This document shows positions 1 through 13,699 of a DNA stretch of 64,000 nucleotides, in pieces. This DNA comes from Priapulus caudatus (lineage: Eukaryota). The notes under the pieces were generated by a model, which saw only the letters and a list, made by a program, of their open reading frames with translations, did not search any database and was not told where the DNA came from. Position 1 is the stretch's first letter, and every line of letters starts with the position of its first letter. The DNA lies in NCBI RefSeq assembly GCF_000485595.1, contig NW_014577076.1, positions 1,168,633 through 1,232,632 on the forward strand, read 5' to 3'. The translations under genes and the position numbers were made by a program.

Positions 1-1799
1 AGATTGCAACTTTTTAACAATTCCACACAGTGCGCGCTTCGTGCCCTTGAGCTCGCATGATTCGCCCCCCCCCCTCCCCTAGAATTCACTTCTGGATCCG
101 CCACTGGTTGTGTGTGTGTGGGGGGGGGGGGGTGCGTGTTATTAAACCTCTGGGATCCAAAGAAAAAAATTACCCTCGAATTCACAAAATTGCACTTACA
201 ATATCAATTTTTTTCAATTACCTCAAAAACGACCATCTTGAAGGTTCTAAATTGCTAAAATCCAAGAGCTTCAGGGGGCTCCGCCCCCTGGACCCCGGGC
301 AATGCGCCAAGGCTCTCGCGGTGTGCGCTACTCGCACACAGTCTTCATATACATTATGATGGAGGTAACAGCGAAATCATCCCCCCCACAACTGAGGACC
401 TGTCTACGCCACTGCAGACACACATATAGGCACGCGCGCTCACGCACACGCACGTACGTACGCGAACGCACACGCACAAACATATAAAGCCAACACGCAC
501 ACACGCACGCGCGCACGCACGTCCACCGCTTCACCTCCCGAATATCGCAAGGCGTGCGTGTTATCGACCGTGCGGTTTCGACAGCGAGGGAACAGGTCAG
601 TCGCTCCGCGCCGCGCACTCAGCGCTACAGATATTACACATGAATCTATCGCATTGCCGGCCTAGTTACCACACACACTCACACCACACAGCCAGCCACT
701 CAGCCGTGGCTGCGAGGCAGTGTTGTCTCCATGCAGCGAACACTGCTTGCAACATGTCCCACGATCCATCTCCTGCCTAAAGACAAACACCACTACTCTC
801 TAGTCTATATTTCTGGATGAAGACAAACAAGCGCATGTCACCCGAACGATTCAACGATAATTGACCGTTCAGCAGCTCCAGCTCCTTGTAAGATGGCTGC
901 TCCTACTCTGATGAGCAAAGTTTGCGCTTGCCATATTAGTTTGTATCCAAGAATTGCTCCCAGAGAGGCACCGTACTAAATGCATTACGGATCGTATACA
1001 CATATAGCCTTCACGCTACTCACCGAGTAATCAAGCAACATACAAATTAAAGCTGGCATACTCTGCCTAAACTCAGTCTGTATGTCCCATGACGTTTCGT
1101 TCACTGCATTTTATCTCTGATATTTCGGTAGCAATGTATATAGCAGGCACGTGGTATGAATAACTGTAAACCAATTGTCAAGAATGTGCCACTGTCGTGA
1201 GCGTTACTACTGTGCTATATTATTAAGCCTGTCAAGCAATTTGCGCTAGGTATTATTTAATGTTAAGCGCTATATTGTATGAAGGCGCTCTGTGACATGC
1301 ACATGCATGTTTCTGACGTTTATGGACCTATGACGTCTATATTTCGGAGCAATAAAACTGCAGTAAATTTGCTAGCTTGTGCTTCTTGAGACCTGCCACT
1401 TCACTCTGAGCGTTCACGCTGTGCAGTCGATGTGACAGGGTTCAATGCAGACACATGGCATATTCCACACTTAATGCTCTCTAGACATGCACGCAGTACG
1501 TTCCAACTGGCGTAGGGAAACGTGCAGCTGCGTAAACTGTAAATTATTTATTCTTTCAGTCTTCAGATTGAAGTTTGAGTCTCTGTGCAAACCAGCCCCA
1601 ACCCGGCTTAGCCTGATCGATATCTATGTCCATGACATAAACAGTAGCTAACACATCTAAGCGTGGGATTAAAATCTCGGCGAGTGTGGAGTGTGAGGGG
1701 GCAACCACTGCTACCCTTGGTGAGATCACAAGTAATGAAACCAAAACTTTTCAAGGACAGAAGCTACAGTAGTCATCATTAACAGGAACGTGAGAGTAA

Positions 1800-2894
1800 A
1801 GCCGGGCTTAGGTCGGGTTGCGATTGAATGCTACGCGACGCGACGCACTGCAACTCACTGCGACTGAGTACTTAGGTCAACGGCGACGCGACTGACAGCG
1901 CCATTCGCGTGCATTGTTCATTATGCATATGAATCTCGTCGCAGTGATCGCAAGGCAGCTTATGTCGGGTAGTAACCATGAAAAACAATGCTTGCGACCG
2001 GTGGAACCAGTCGCGTCGTGTCGCGTCGCAAGAGTAGAACATGTGCAACTCTCTGCGACTGCGCTGCAACTGACAATTTTCCAGTCGCAGAGCCGTCGCT
2101 GGCAGCCGCAGGGGTGCTTAAGGTAGTATCTCACTGGGCTGCAAAAGCTCGCGACTAGTTGCAGACACAAAATTGCGAGAAAATACGCGAATTAGCAACA
2201 ATTTTCACTTGAAATCACACTGAATTGGTACTTAAGACACGTTCGCGTATGTCGCACGAATGTTACATGTCGAAATTGTTAAATTGCGAATTTTTTGCAC
2301 TTGCGACTGTCGCACGAGTGTCACTTGAATGTCGTGCGACAGTTATGCGTGACAATTGAGAAATCTGGACCATATAAATACGGGGCCCCTCCCCAGTCCA
2401 GCAATCATTTTGTCATCAGACGTCAAGCGAGATGGACCTCAGAGAAGAAGTGCAGAAGCTGCTGGATGAGGACCCCAACCTGGATGAGGACCAGGCTCAC
2501 ATAGTTTCATAGGTCGCCAACCCCTCACAAAGTTGTTTCACATTTCTCGCACTTTCTGACTCACGCAAACTAAATTGAGAAGGGTTCGGGACACCCGCGA
2601 CGACTCTGTGACTATTTTGAGAGAAAATTTGTCGCGCAAATTTTTTAAACATGTTCAAAATTCCAGCGACACGAGAGCGAGGCCCTGCGACTCACGCGAG
2701 GAAATTGAGAACCCCTGCGAACGTTTCGAGACATTTTGGAATCTCCCTCGTGAATGCCGTTCGCAATTTGTCGCCAATAGTCGCAGCCCAGTGAGATACT
2801 ACCTTTAGGTCGAACTTTCTCTGCGACGCGATCGTCGCTGGCGGCTTGCAACCAGCTGCAGAAAATCAGTCGCAAGGCCGACATAAGCACGGCT
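1800..2894. mobile_element. PIF/Harbinger-type non-autonomous element (MITE)
   Basis: TIRs agccgggcttaggtcgg... and ...ccgacataagcacggct are flanked by TAA on both sides. Internal inverted repeat aggtagtatctcactgggctgc (about 2121) pairs with its reverse complement (about 2783). Confidence 0.8.
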
Positions 2895-2918
2895 TAACGT
2901 TCACGCGAGCTCTCGCAC

Positions 2919-3035
2919 CTTTCGTATGCTGGACTCATTGAGAATCTCTGTTGGTCCAATCAGTTCAGGGATGGGCAGGTTAAGCTCAACCTCTAACGCA
3001 GACATGCGCCGCCGCGCCTCCTCTACCGTGATGAT
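2919..3035 (-). CDS. OXR1: OXR1/NCOA7 exon leading into the TLDc domain
   Basis: Not in the ORF track on this strand. ttttgcttgtgacag|ATC acceptor and AAG|gtgcga donor. IITVEEARRRMSALEVELNLPIPELIGPTEILNESSIRK resembles NCOA7 IITVEEAKRR...LPVL...SALL. Confidence 0.9.
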
Positions 3036-3152
3036 CTGTCACAAGCAAAAACCACAACGTTATAGTTATACATCGACACACAGTCTACCATTACTGACAA
3101 TGCAGTAGTACATGCAATGCAACACCAACATAAATAATCATGTGCGAGCCTA

Positions 3153-3483
3153 ACGCTGAGAGGGTCTATGTCCCCCGGGGTACTGCCGGAACGTACCCTG
3201 GGTACGGTCCGGTATACCGGAGCGTAACCTGGGTACGGTCCGGTATACCGGAGCGTAACCTGGTACTATCTAATATGCCGGACCGTACCTCGCCTACTCC
3301 ACTAACGAGTCTAGGGAGTCGCCTACGCCTACTCCCTAACCCTAACCCGAACTCGAACCCGAACCCTAACCCTAATCCTAACCCTATAACCATATCAAAT
3401 AGTGACCAGGGTACGTTCCGGTATACCGGACCGTACACAAGGTACGTTCCGGCAGTACCCTGGGGGACATAGACCCTATGAGC
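3153..3483 (+). mobile_element. Foldback MITE family A, copy 1, with internal CCCTAA-type repeats
   Basis: Long TIRs gctgagagggtctatgtccccc...gggggacatagaccctatgagc. Homologous to 8721-8994 (inverted) and 18349-18871. No clear TSD. Confidence 0.8.
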
Positions 3484-3730
3484 TGTACGCACACTCATAA
3501 TTCCGTGTAGTTCTAGTACCAATAGTTCTGTGTAGTTATAGCACCAATAGTTCAGCGGAGCACTAACACGAATAATTCAGCACAGTACAATCAACAAAAA
3601 TTCAGTGCAGCACAAGTTCCATGAAGACAGCACAGAGCCAGTTCCAAGAATACGACGCAGCGCTGGCATTAAGAACTCAATGTGAAACCGGTGTATAAAC
3701 TGCACATGTGGGCATCGCTCGCTGTCATAC

Positions 3731-3911
3731 CTCCCAGTCCTTCGCGATGCGGGGTGCAGCAAAATGCTCCTCGTCCATGCTGATCTCAGTGAGCACTCCG
3801 GTGTCGTCGTCAATGACCACAAAGCCCTCCTGTATGGCCAGTCTGTCAGAAGGCTGGTTACCGTAGATGTTCGGCGTCCATTGGATGAAGAACGCGTACA
3901 AATGATCGACT
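3731..3911 (-). CDS. OXR1: OXR1/NCOA7 exon RVDHLYAFF...KDWE
   Basis: attgcttgcag|A acceptor and GAG|gtatga donor, phase 2-0. (R)VDHLYAFFIQWTPNIYG...EGFVVID...KDWE resembles NCOA7 RVDHLYTFFVQWSPDVYG...GFVVV. Confidence 0.92.
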
Positions 3912-4831
3912 CTGCAAGCAATAGAGAATCGTTCAGTGATGACGAAAGACCACGCGCAAGTAGCACGCAAGCCACCGTCACGACACTGCGTGCGTGAAAA
4001 CTGAGGGAACAATATCAACAATGAGCACATACTGCCAATTATGATATAATAACAAAGATGACATAATAACAATGATTACATACATGTATAACAATAATGA
4101 CCTAATAACATTGATAAGGTAAAAACAATTAGTACATAATAACAACGAAGACATGATAAAATGATGACATTATTAAATGTGGGCATAATTACAAGAACAA
4201 TGTTTTCAAGAGAACGTGATATACAAGGCGTACATAGAAAATACGAATGGTTTCTGTCTAATCAACTATATGTCTATCTGAGTATCCGTCTAATTTTGTC
4301 TATCGTCTGCAACTGATACATTGCAACAACCTTCAATTAGAATACGGCGTCTGCATGCCTGTGATACTGGTACGTTTACTGCAGCTTCTGACAATGGTTC
4401 CTAGCGGTATACCGGTACTGTACTACCCGTCTACCGCTGTAGGTACACTAGCGGTTCACATCAGGCATGAAGATTTTTCCCAATCGGAACGCCAACCAGA
4501 TCATGCACCATCACCCGTCTTTTCATCATAAAGTACACATAGCAGGTGCCATGGAGTGCTTGCATGGATATACCAGGGAGGATATAGCAGGACAAAACAC
4601 ACCAATGGGGCCGAGAGAACGGGGTAAAAGTTAATAAATATTTATGGTAAATTAAATATATACGTAAACGTTTATAACAGATGACACCCAAATACAAAAT
4701 GTGTTTATACAGGTTTTCCAGGAACAGGCGTGAGGGGTGAAACCAATTACAATAAAAGCAATTACGACCGATCTAAGTAAAACCCTGGTGACATCACCCA
4801 GCACCACCCAAGGGAGTGGATTTGTCGTGTA

Positions 4832-5120
4832 GGGGGCAGCCCTATAGACCGAAGGTCCGATAGACTGAATATTGCAAAGGGTTAGGGTTATAGTTATAGG
4901 GTTAGGGTTAGGGTTAGAGCATATATATGGTTTATAGTGGCATCATATGATTTATAGTGGCATCGGTAGATGTGCGGCATATTCACGTTCGAATACGGCA
5001 TCAGTGGATGTCCGGATGCTAGGCGACCGATTCCGGACGTGTAGCCACTGCGTATTTGAATAAACCTTCGGTCTATCGGGCCTTCGGTCTATCGGACCTT
5101 CGGTCTATAGGGCTGTAACC
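4832..5120. mobile_element. GG-terminal TIR MITE with 8-bp TSD (Merlin-like), internal TTAGGG repeats
   Basis: TSD gtcgtgta at 4824-4831 and 5121-5128. TIRs gggggcagccctatagaccgaagg and ccttcggtctatagggctgtaacc, with subterminal 15-bp repeats. Confidence 0.8.
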
Positions 5121-5759
5121 GTCGTGTAGAGATGTTCGTGAGCATTGCTTAGGTCAAAGAAACAGCTAGCATTTGTCTAATCTTATAAATTGCTGCCTCC
5201 AAACACTTGCCTTGGAAATAAGATACATACTAGTGGCTGGAACACTAGAAAACATATTACGTGTATCGTTCAACGATTATCGGTGCTAGCCCAATTACCA
5301 GCAGGGAAGAAAAAAAACAAGATAACTGTAACTATAACACTACAACACAAAACTTACAACTAAAACTAACAAAAACAAAAACATAAAACTACAACACAAA
5401 ATAAAAAATATGACAACATTGTTTCCTGCGCCGGTAGTATATATAGTACTCGCGGGATAACTGTTTTCTTGGAAGCAGCACATGTTTCATGGAAGAGCGG
5501 CAATGGTTCTTATCAGATATCATATAATATTCTATGAATCCTAGAGATGGTGTGTAAATAAATCATCCCCAAAGAATTTTAATGCATCGAAATTCTACTA
5601 CTTAGACATGAACGGCCATGAGTCTCTAACGGCCTTATCTTTTGATGCCAGTGAGTTATGAAGTTAGGTGGGGGAAGGGGGGGGGAGGGAGGGGGAAGGG
5701 GGAGGGTGGGGGGAGGGGGCTCTAATAGCAAAAGCAGTTCACTCCTTTGTTAACAGTCA

Positions 5760-6315
5760 ACAAATCCATGTTTAACCCTCCTCTTGAGGGTCAAAAGGTT
5801 ATCAGACACTTACTCTTCACACGTCAGTGGAAAGCACATTTCATGGTCCTTTCAATAAAGCCATAAAAATGGTAGGTCACCGCTGAAACAAAAAAGTTTT
5901 TCAATCGCTCCGTCATACCATGTCCTCAGAAAATGTCTAAAATCTGCCCTGTGCCCCATTGACCTTTGACCTGTGACCTCCAATTTCGGCACAATGATGG
6001 TTTTTCCTACCATGATGCTATACACCGACTATCACGAGCCTAGGTCGAGCCGTTTAGATTTGTGCCGCAATTCTGCATTTCCTCCCTATACCTTAAGTTA
6101 AGGAGTGAATGTTCCCCCTTCTTTTACACCTCTTGACCTTTGACCTTTGACCCCCAGCTTCGACATCCCAACTCGTTTTCGGATACCCCCCACGTCCCGA
6201 ATATCGTGACCGTACGTCGAGCGGTTAAGATTTGTGCCCAACTGTTGACGGACGGACGCACGGACGGACGATCATGCGATTCTACAAGCTGCATCTGACT
6301 ATGTCAGATGAGCTA
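5760..6315 (-). mobile_element. Probable Helentron-associated (HINE/DINE-1-like) element
   Basis: (GGAC)n-like microsatellite followed by hairpin agctgcatctgac-tat-gtcagatgagct at about 6287-6314, and internal repeated tgacctttgacc units. The left boundary is approximate. Confidence 0.5.
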
Positions 6316-7898
6316 ACAACAACGAATGTTCTTCCATACTAAGACAACCGGAATGACACATTTTTCAGTCTCCACGAAAAATATTTTGAGCCACTTGCCC
6401 GTTGGGCAAGTATATTCTGTAAAATGTGAATTCTAGTTGACCGAACCGAATGACATTCTAGTTGCCCATAAATTTTGCAGGAATATTTTGCAATATCGAG
6501 TAAAGAAGTGTACACTATACCACTTCTAGACACCATTCATTTCCGGTCTTAACATTCCGTGATTTTACATTAAAAATCTTTAGTTAATGGCCAGTTGTAT
6601 TATAGTTTATGCGTTTTTAAAGCAGGAGCTCGTCGGGCAAGTGCATGAGCTTGCAATGTTTACATGCCTGTCGAGATTCCCACACGCCTCGGGCGTCGGA
6701 CGCCCGGCTAAATTCGAAGACTGCATGACTTTTGTTGCGAGCACCTGCATTAACTACGTCCGACCTTTATAACGTCTCACCTGAATTCTCTGCTTCCGCG
6801 AAACCATGCAGAGCAAGTCTACTTGCGAAAGGATTTGCCAAATGTTCAATGCGAATAACAATGTGCGACCAGTATTTAGCTTCCTTTGATTGTGTGACTT
6901 AATTATCACGGACGAGATAACGCGATGTTATGTTTTACTACGCTGTACAACAGCATTGCTCACATAGCTCATATTTGACTCAGTTCTGATATGTGAAGAC
7001 TGGCGATAAATTATGTTAATCGAGTTTGCAACCTAAAATAAAATAGGGGAAGTGTAAGGGGGGTGTAGGGAAGGTTTTCCTATGTCGTCCAATTAACTTT
7101 CACTGCCATTATTTTACGTCGCTACAGAAGCAAGCAAACCAAAACACGATTATAGCTGCTACACAAGATTCGGTTCAATTACGATCTATAATGATTTTTG
7201 GGTTTAACAACCTAGCAGAACTTTCGGGTGCTATTTGCTAACTACAGGTCGATATATCCGGTTTCAATACTTGCATTAGGAGCTATATACTTACTGTAAT
7301 CCCCTCTATCACTCATTTATAAAGGCGTCTTACTGGATTATATCCCTTTGTTTAGAAACTACCTATACGCTCCGTAGGTGGTATTTACACTATAAGGATA
7401 TTAATTACCATTACAGCGAGAGATTGATCGACCGAGGGAGGAGGTAGAAAGATGAAATATTATAGCAAGGTAGCTGTGAATAGCGTCGAAGCTGTGGTGT
7501 GTCAATACATCAAGCACGTGATCTAACTAAGGTTAAAAGGGTCTGTGTCCCTTGGTATTACTGTATAGGAAACCGAAAGGCTAATATACAGTCGGAACCG
7601 TGTGAGTTCTTTCTATAGAACAGACACCTGCTGGCTAATAACTTAAGGCAGACACGTAGCGAGCATTCCAGGAAGGGTGGCTCTTTTTCATCAGGTGGAA
7701 GCCTTTCGAGCCAGCCAAATTATAGACTGTTTACCGCATGAACGCAACCAGGCCCCGGAAACACAATAAATTCAGGATGCATAATATCCGGAGTGTATAA
7801 TAGAGAATATATTATACTCTTTCATACACTCCTGATAATAGCAAGAGCTAATAATACATGTAATATATGTAATACATGTAATAATATATGTATTATAA

Positions 7899-8225
7899 AG
7901 CCCGCCGCACACATCGTCCACACGGCGCAGCGCGTTCCACAGCGTGTGCGCATGCAACGCATACGAGTGATATTTTCCACACGCCACAGATCGATGCATT
8001 TTGCATGCGCACACGCTGTGGAACGCGCTGCGCCATCGTCGACGACGACGACGTTGTGGACGATGGCGCAGCGCGTTCCACGGCGTGCGGGGGTCCATAC
8101 CTATGTGTCCCGGTACCTATGTGTCCCAGTACCCAGGTACCTATGTGTCCCGGTACCTATGTGTCCCAGTATCGAGGTACCTATGTGTCCCGGTACCTAT
8201 GTTTCCCGGTACCTATGTTCCCCCA
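7899..8225. repeat. Palindromic MITE fragment followed by a tandem-repeat arm (acctatgtgtcccggt)n of another element
   Basis: Inverted repeat ggcgcagcgcgttccacagcgtgtgcgcatgc (about 7924-7955 vs 8003-8033), then 16-24 bp repeats at 8099-8220. Confidence 0.55.
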
Positions 8226-8377
8226 TATTAAAAGGGGGTACTATTTAAAGTAATGAGAGAATAAAATTGCTTGCTTGGCTTGCGTGATACAATGTATAAC
8301 ATTACGTTTATGTACATGTATCACTGACCTGAGCCCACCCTGATTATCATCGGCCACGCTTTCTTATACGCTTATAC

Positions 8378-8421
8378 CATAGATATATACAACACATATA
8401 TATGTGTTGTATATATCTATG
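8378..8421. mobile_element. 44-bp perfect palindrome, TIR-only mini-insertion
   Basis: catagatatatacaacacatat|atatgtgttgtatatatctatg with no loop, flanked by cttatac and cttatag. Confidence 0.6.
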
Positions 8422-8720
8422 CTTATAGTCCCTTATACCATGCGAATTTCGCATGGTGTGTCCCCCGCTTAATGCAAAAATTGTGAACTGAACTAACAGT
8501 TCGGGTGGGCTTTAGCCCTTGATAATATCATTTATTTTATCATCTTCATCATCTCAATAAACAATGTAATGGTGTCTTGTGCTTGTCGTGCTAAGCTAGT
8601 GACGCAGATCGTCGAGGATGGGTTTGTTCCCTGACTTATTACTCTTATACAATAATATTGGTGGATAAGTCAGACACACATCGTCACATTTTTGTCGTCA
8701 TATTTACCACAGTCCGTACT

Positions 8721-8994
8721 GCTCATAGGGTCTATGTCCCCCAGGATACTGCCGAAACGTACCCTGGTAACTATCTAGCTGATATGGTTAGGGTTAGGGT
8801 TAGGTTTAGGGTTAGGGTTAGAGTTAGGGTTAGGGTTAGGGAGTAGGCGTAGGCGACTCCCTAGACTCGTTAGTGAAGTAGGCGAGGTACGGCATATTAG
8901 ATAGTAGTATTTAGTACCAGGGTACGTTCCGGTATACCGGACCGTACCCAGGGTACGTTCCGGCAGTACCCTGGGGGACATAGACCCTATCAGC
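8721..8994 (-). mobile_element. Foldback MITE family A, copy 2, with (TTAGGG)n
   Basis: Same TIRs as 3153-3483; TTAGGG array at about 8786-8841. Confidence 0.8.
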
Positions 8995-9162
8995 GTCTGG
9001 CTCAGCCCACGACTGTTGCAACACCGTGTTATGTTATGTTCACCGTGTTACTATATGCTCTAGCTTAAATAGCGCATGGTACCGTTACAGCTGAGATATT
9101 GGCTTTGATCGCGACAGTTTGCTACTAATAGTTTGTTATTTGCACTCTCGAACGCTCACGCT

Positions 9163-9171
9163 GTAGTAGAT

Positions 9172-9265
<94 letters not shown>
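9163..9265. repeat. (GTA)n microsatellite, possibly the tail of a decayed minus-strand LINE
   Basis: Nearly pure GTA run. On the minus strand it follows AATAAA and a frame reading RQQNSVIPRAF, reminiscent of LINE ORF2 C-termini (weak). Confidence 0.7.
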
Positions 9266-10464
9266 AAATCTTTATTTTCATCGGTACATTTAAAACAGTG
9301 AATATGAGCTGGAAAGCTCTCGGAATAACGCTGTTTTGCTGTCTTGAGACTCTATTATGGGATCGCATGTCAAAGTTTTTGTTGCTAAATGAAGTACTGC
9401 TAGATAACTGGCCGTAAATAAGCCAAAGCCGATTGAATGAGATTTAGACATTTCTGTAAAATAATATCAACTTCGTGGGCTTCGAGGCTTGCGCCTCCGC
9501 AAGACGAAGCTCATCAAGGAAGATTTTAATAGTCTGCATCTTATTTGGTGAGTTTGCAGCTGACGTCATCATGCGATTGCTATTATTTTATGCAATAAGG
9601 TGTATTTAATTGATATTAATGCTGAAAATGTTAAAGCAAAATAAATAATCTGACAAAGGTTGCTGAAAATGCAACGGAACAATTGGAAAATGCATTAGAA
9701 AAAACGACATGGATAAATATTGCAGACGATCTAAGATTTAAATAAGAATGCACAACTAGAGCCACCTGTAGGATAGTTAAACTGTTTGTAATGTGGTGTT
9801 CTCCCTCACACTGTACCCTGGGTAGGTTGATCCAAACAACCCAGGAACTTTGCAATGCTTAAGAAAGAGTCTTTGTTTTCCTGCATCCCGTCGGAAAATA
9901 CCACTAACCCTGATCACTACTAGCCCAACTATAATCCTAACAACAATCCCACGGTAAAGCACCACAGCAATTACGCGTATTTATACTAAGGTGCACATCA
10001 CCTATTTTAGCATTGCTCACATCACCTGCTTGATCTGGTGACACTTGCCGCAGTTTTAACCCTGTTCACAACTAGATACATATAGTATCTTTTAACCACT
10101 GCCTTTCAACACCTGTATATATACTCCATTACATCATATAGCCAATTAATGACACACTACTAATACTATTACGAGTACTACGTGACCTTCTTAGCAACTT
10201 TTTATTTTGCTTGCTAACGATGACTGGGACCTGCATGCAGTACATATGCACGTTTATTCCTCATGTACTGAAGCTGTAGTTGAAGTAATTACCGAAACGC
10301 TGCAGCTGTGCATGCAGCGTTCCAGTGATGCCAATCATGTAAAATTCATGTACGGTCACTCCTGTGATGTTACAGTACGGGGTTGGCATGGAATGAAACA
10401 TCAGAGGCCTTGCTTGCCTTGCGGGAATGCATAAGGGCACTACACAAAGAAACTCGCGTGCTAA

Positions 10465-10866
10465 TGCTAGGGGCACACGAGCGTATTTTATCGCCCGATC
10501 GCGGCGATTAAAATCGCCAGCGAATTTAATCGCCCGATCACGAAGGGGCACACGTAGCGAATTTAATCGCCCGATTTTAACATCACATGATATCAACAAC
10601 ACGTCCGATTGGTTTAGAAAAATCGATCGGGCGACAAAATACGCCGGACACGGGCACACGAGCGAATTTGCCAGCGTAAATAATCGCCGGCGTAAATAAT
10701 CGCCGGCGTAAATAATCGCCCGAAAATATCTAACATTTTGGATACGGGCGATTCGTGCGGGCGATTAAAATCGGCGTCGACGTGAACGGGCACACGGGCG
10801 AATTTTTCGAGCGATTTTCAAATTCGCGGCAATCGGGCGATAAAAATCGCTCGTGTGCCCCTACCT
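10465..10866. mobile_element. PIF/Harbinger-type MITE
   Basis: TIRs tgctaggggcacacgagcg and cgctcgtgtgcccctacct, TAA on both flanks, internal aatcgcc repeats. Confidence 0.8.
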
Positions 10867-12172
10867 TAACGCAACTCTTCCATTAAAACGAATCCGTCAT
10901 ATCACATCGAAGATATGGGGGGTTATACAGGGTGTAACCACATGGTGTTGGTGGTTTGCAATCAGATATCCATATTAACGAGAGTAAATTAACGATGTTA
11001 ATGTTAATTATTGGTGGAAGTAACACAGTGGGAATTAACATAATGTAATTTTATTAGGAGTAGATTAATGATGTTAATGTACTCCTGATAATAAATTCCT
11101 GCGATACTTCTGCAAGAGACTTCTGCGTGGCCACACCATAGCTGCTAGTTATTACTAGATTTCACAGGAGGGACACAATAGGTTCCACGCAGTTATTGGC
11201 AACCACCAGCCTTGCATAGCACTCTATCTGATATTCTTTACCTATGTGTGGTCAATAAATCGCTCTTTTTTGCGGGTGAAGAGCTAGACAGTTGCTGAAT
11301 GTGCCTGCCACAATCACTCTGCCTTACTTGCAAATGCACATTTGAAAGGCCTAACCGTGAATGCGTGCGGATGGGAAAGAAAGGGGTTGTATTATATATA
11401 CACACACCGTCCCACGTCTCTTTGACTGTGGGATGTGAGTATTGTGTGTGGCGGTGGGGGAGGGGGCAGGGAGAGATAGTTCTCTTCATGTGTATTTAGC
11501 ATGTGTGCAAACGTGTGAGATGCATGTATGGTTTGTAAGTACACACAATTACGCAGCACTTGGTGCACATACGTGTGCATACGGAGGTGAATAGTAGTTG
11601 TAGGAGGTCAGTAATTATCAGCGTATCCTTTAAAGCACTCTCCACACGACACGATTAGTGGTTCAGATGCCAATTTCTTGCACATAGTCATCATCGTCGA
11701 CCACGCGGCGATAGCGTGAGCGAAAATTACTGTTGAATAGAAATCATGCTACGGACGTTTGATCTCACAGGCTAATCAGATCCTGCAATCACTACCAACG
11801 GTCTCACTGAAGCTCTTACTCGCCTTCATGCAAGCTTGAAAGCTGCAGATGCAATCTCTGCGTAACTCAATATAGACAACAGCCTGAACCAAAGCTTCTT
11901 TCTTCACTTAATATAATCAAAACGGCCACAATTTCATGCAATCGCCAAATTGTACGCAACAAATAAGCAATGCCATGCTCTCCAATACTACACATGCATT
12001 AGCGCTCCAACAAATATAATCGGTTTGCTGACGAAAAACTCACCCTGATCAACGCCAGCAAGCATTCGAGGTTTCTGTTAAGGAGTGAAAATCCACTGCA
12101 CTACATCCACGTAGATACAACGAGCTTGTTATTAGAATGCATAAAGCTACAACGTTGAATATGAATCCGTAC

Positions 12173-12329
12173 CTACGCTTGGGGATAGCAAACCAGTACT
12201 CAGGCCCGTGTCTCTTGGGTTGAGCTCCTTTAAGCAACCCAGGACAATGGCTGGACTTGCCCACCTTCAGACAGAGGTAGAGTGGCTGGTCCGATTGTTG
12301 TGTCAGTAGCTGCTGCTTCTCATTCAAAT
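12173..12329 (-). CDS. OXR1: OXR1/NCOA7 exon with PLYLCL and PEYWF motifs
   Basis: gccgtttcag|AT acceptor and TAG|gtacgg donor, phase 1-2. Encodes (D)LNEKQQLLTQQSDQPLYLCLKVGK...KRHGPEYWFAIPKR(R). Confidence 0.9.
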
Positions 12330-13211
12330 CTGAAACGGCGACAGAAATCGAGCATGAAGTTCAATTATTTGACCAGCAATAGGAAAGTATATGATGCATT
12401 TCATGCATGCAGCTGCATGTAGCCTAGATTATTCTACCACATAATGCCAGTGCACTAATGGCTTGTATCACCAATGCAAAAACAGTATATAATTTAACAC
12501 AGGGAACGTTCTGATGGAAATGTGGATGTAAAGTTAGCAGATTTACATTCCTAACTTAATGATGCCAACACAAAATTACAACAGCAACTTGCTTTATGTA
12601 CTATAATAATTACAAACAGTACACACTCGACCAGAGTTTGTGAGTGTGTCTCTTGGCAACTATAATGAATTAATGTTCTATAGATCTAGGAAAAACAGTA
12701 CATACAGATACACATAAATCACAGCATGACATATGCACCTTGAAAAGCAAGAGTAGGTAGCAGAAGGATCTATAACTAACACATGTATAATCAATTCCGA
12801 TTTATTTTTTTCTAAATTGAGTTTCATCTTACTATCGTATCTACACTATCCTAATTAAGTTAGCTCTACCATAATCATATAACATATTCATCACCCCTCT
12901 GAGGCTAAATTTGTCTAATCTGACAAGACAAAACAAACTAATCTAGACAGAGAAACGTAATCCAGCAAATAGGATGGCAATAATGCAGCGTTGTTTTTAC
13001 ATGTTTTTGTTTGTTATTTGCAAACAACAATTTACACGTTGTTTTTATTGATATATCACATTAAGAATCAGAGCTAGACCAGAGTTATGGTTCTTGATGC
13101 TCAATGACAGTTGCACGAAAAGATTCCACTGCAGTAGGGCCCCAGGAAGTAAACTCAATTTCTAACCTATTCTAAAACTTACAAGCTATACCTAGCTAAC
13201 AAGCACACACA

Positions 13212-13271
<60 letters not shown>

Positions 13272-13336
13272 TATTATATATATGAAAACAGAGAAACTTA
13301 AACGCCTACTAGATTAAGAAACAGAAAGACAAAACG

Positions 13337-13699
13337 CAGGGTTCATAGTAGTAAGACACATGTTGAAATAAGGACTTATAAGACCCTTTCTGGAGGCCAA
13401 AATAATACTTTTTTACGCGATTTTTGATAGATCACCATTAAAGTACTATTTTTAAGATCACCATTTAGACTATTAAAGTACACTAATATTTATATATACA
13501 CAATTGCACAGCAGATTTAATTATTCCGTATTATATATACAACAATTCTTACTCTAAGTCGAGAATAGTTTATAAAAAAATAAGGACTATTAAGTACTTT
13601 TCTAAGATTTTACCAAAAATAAGTACTAATAAGGGCCCTTATTTTATTTTTGGCAAAATAAGTACTTATAAGACTTTGGAAGACCCGCTACGAACCCTG
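13337..13699. mobile_element. CAGGG-terminal MITE with 5-bp flanking direct repeat
   Basis: TIRs cagggttcatag and ctacgaaccctg, with aaacg on both flanks and internal taagtact/taagac repeats. Confidence 0.65.

Noticed and set aside
683..772. Possible 90-nt phase 0-0 exon (EMDRGTCCKQ...GWLCG) with ag/gtgagt borders
   Set aside because: No resemblance to the expected TLDc sequence (L..HLP.R..G..W.L.YST), and it would interrupt the domain start. Unsupported without RNA data.
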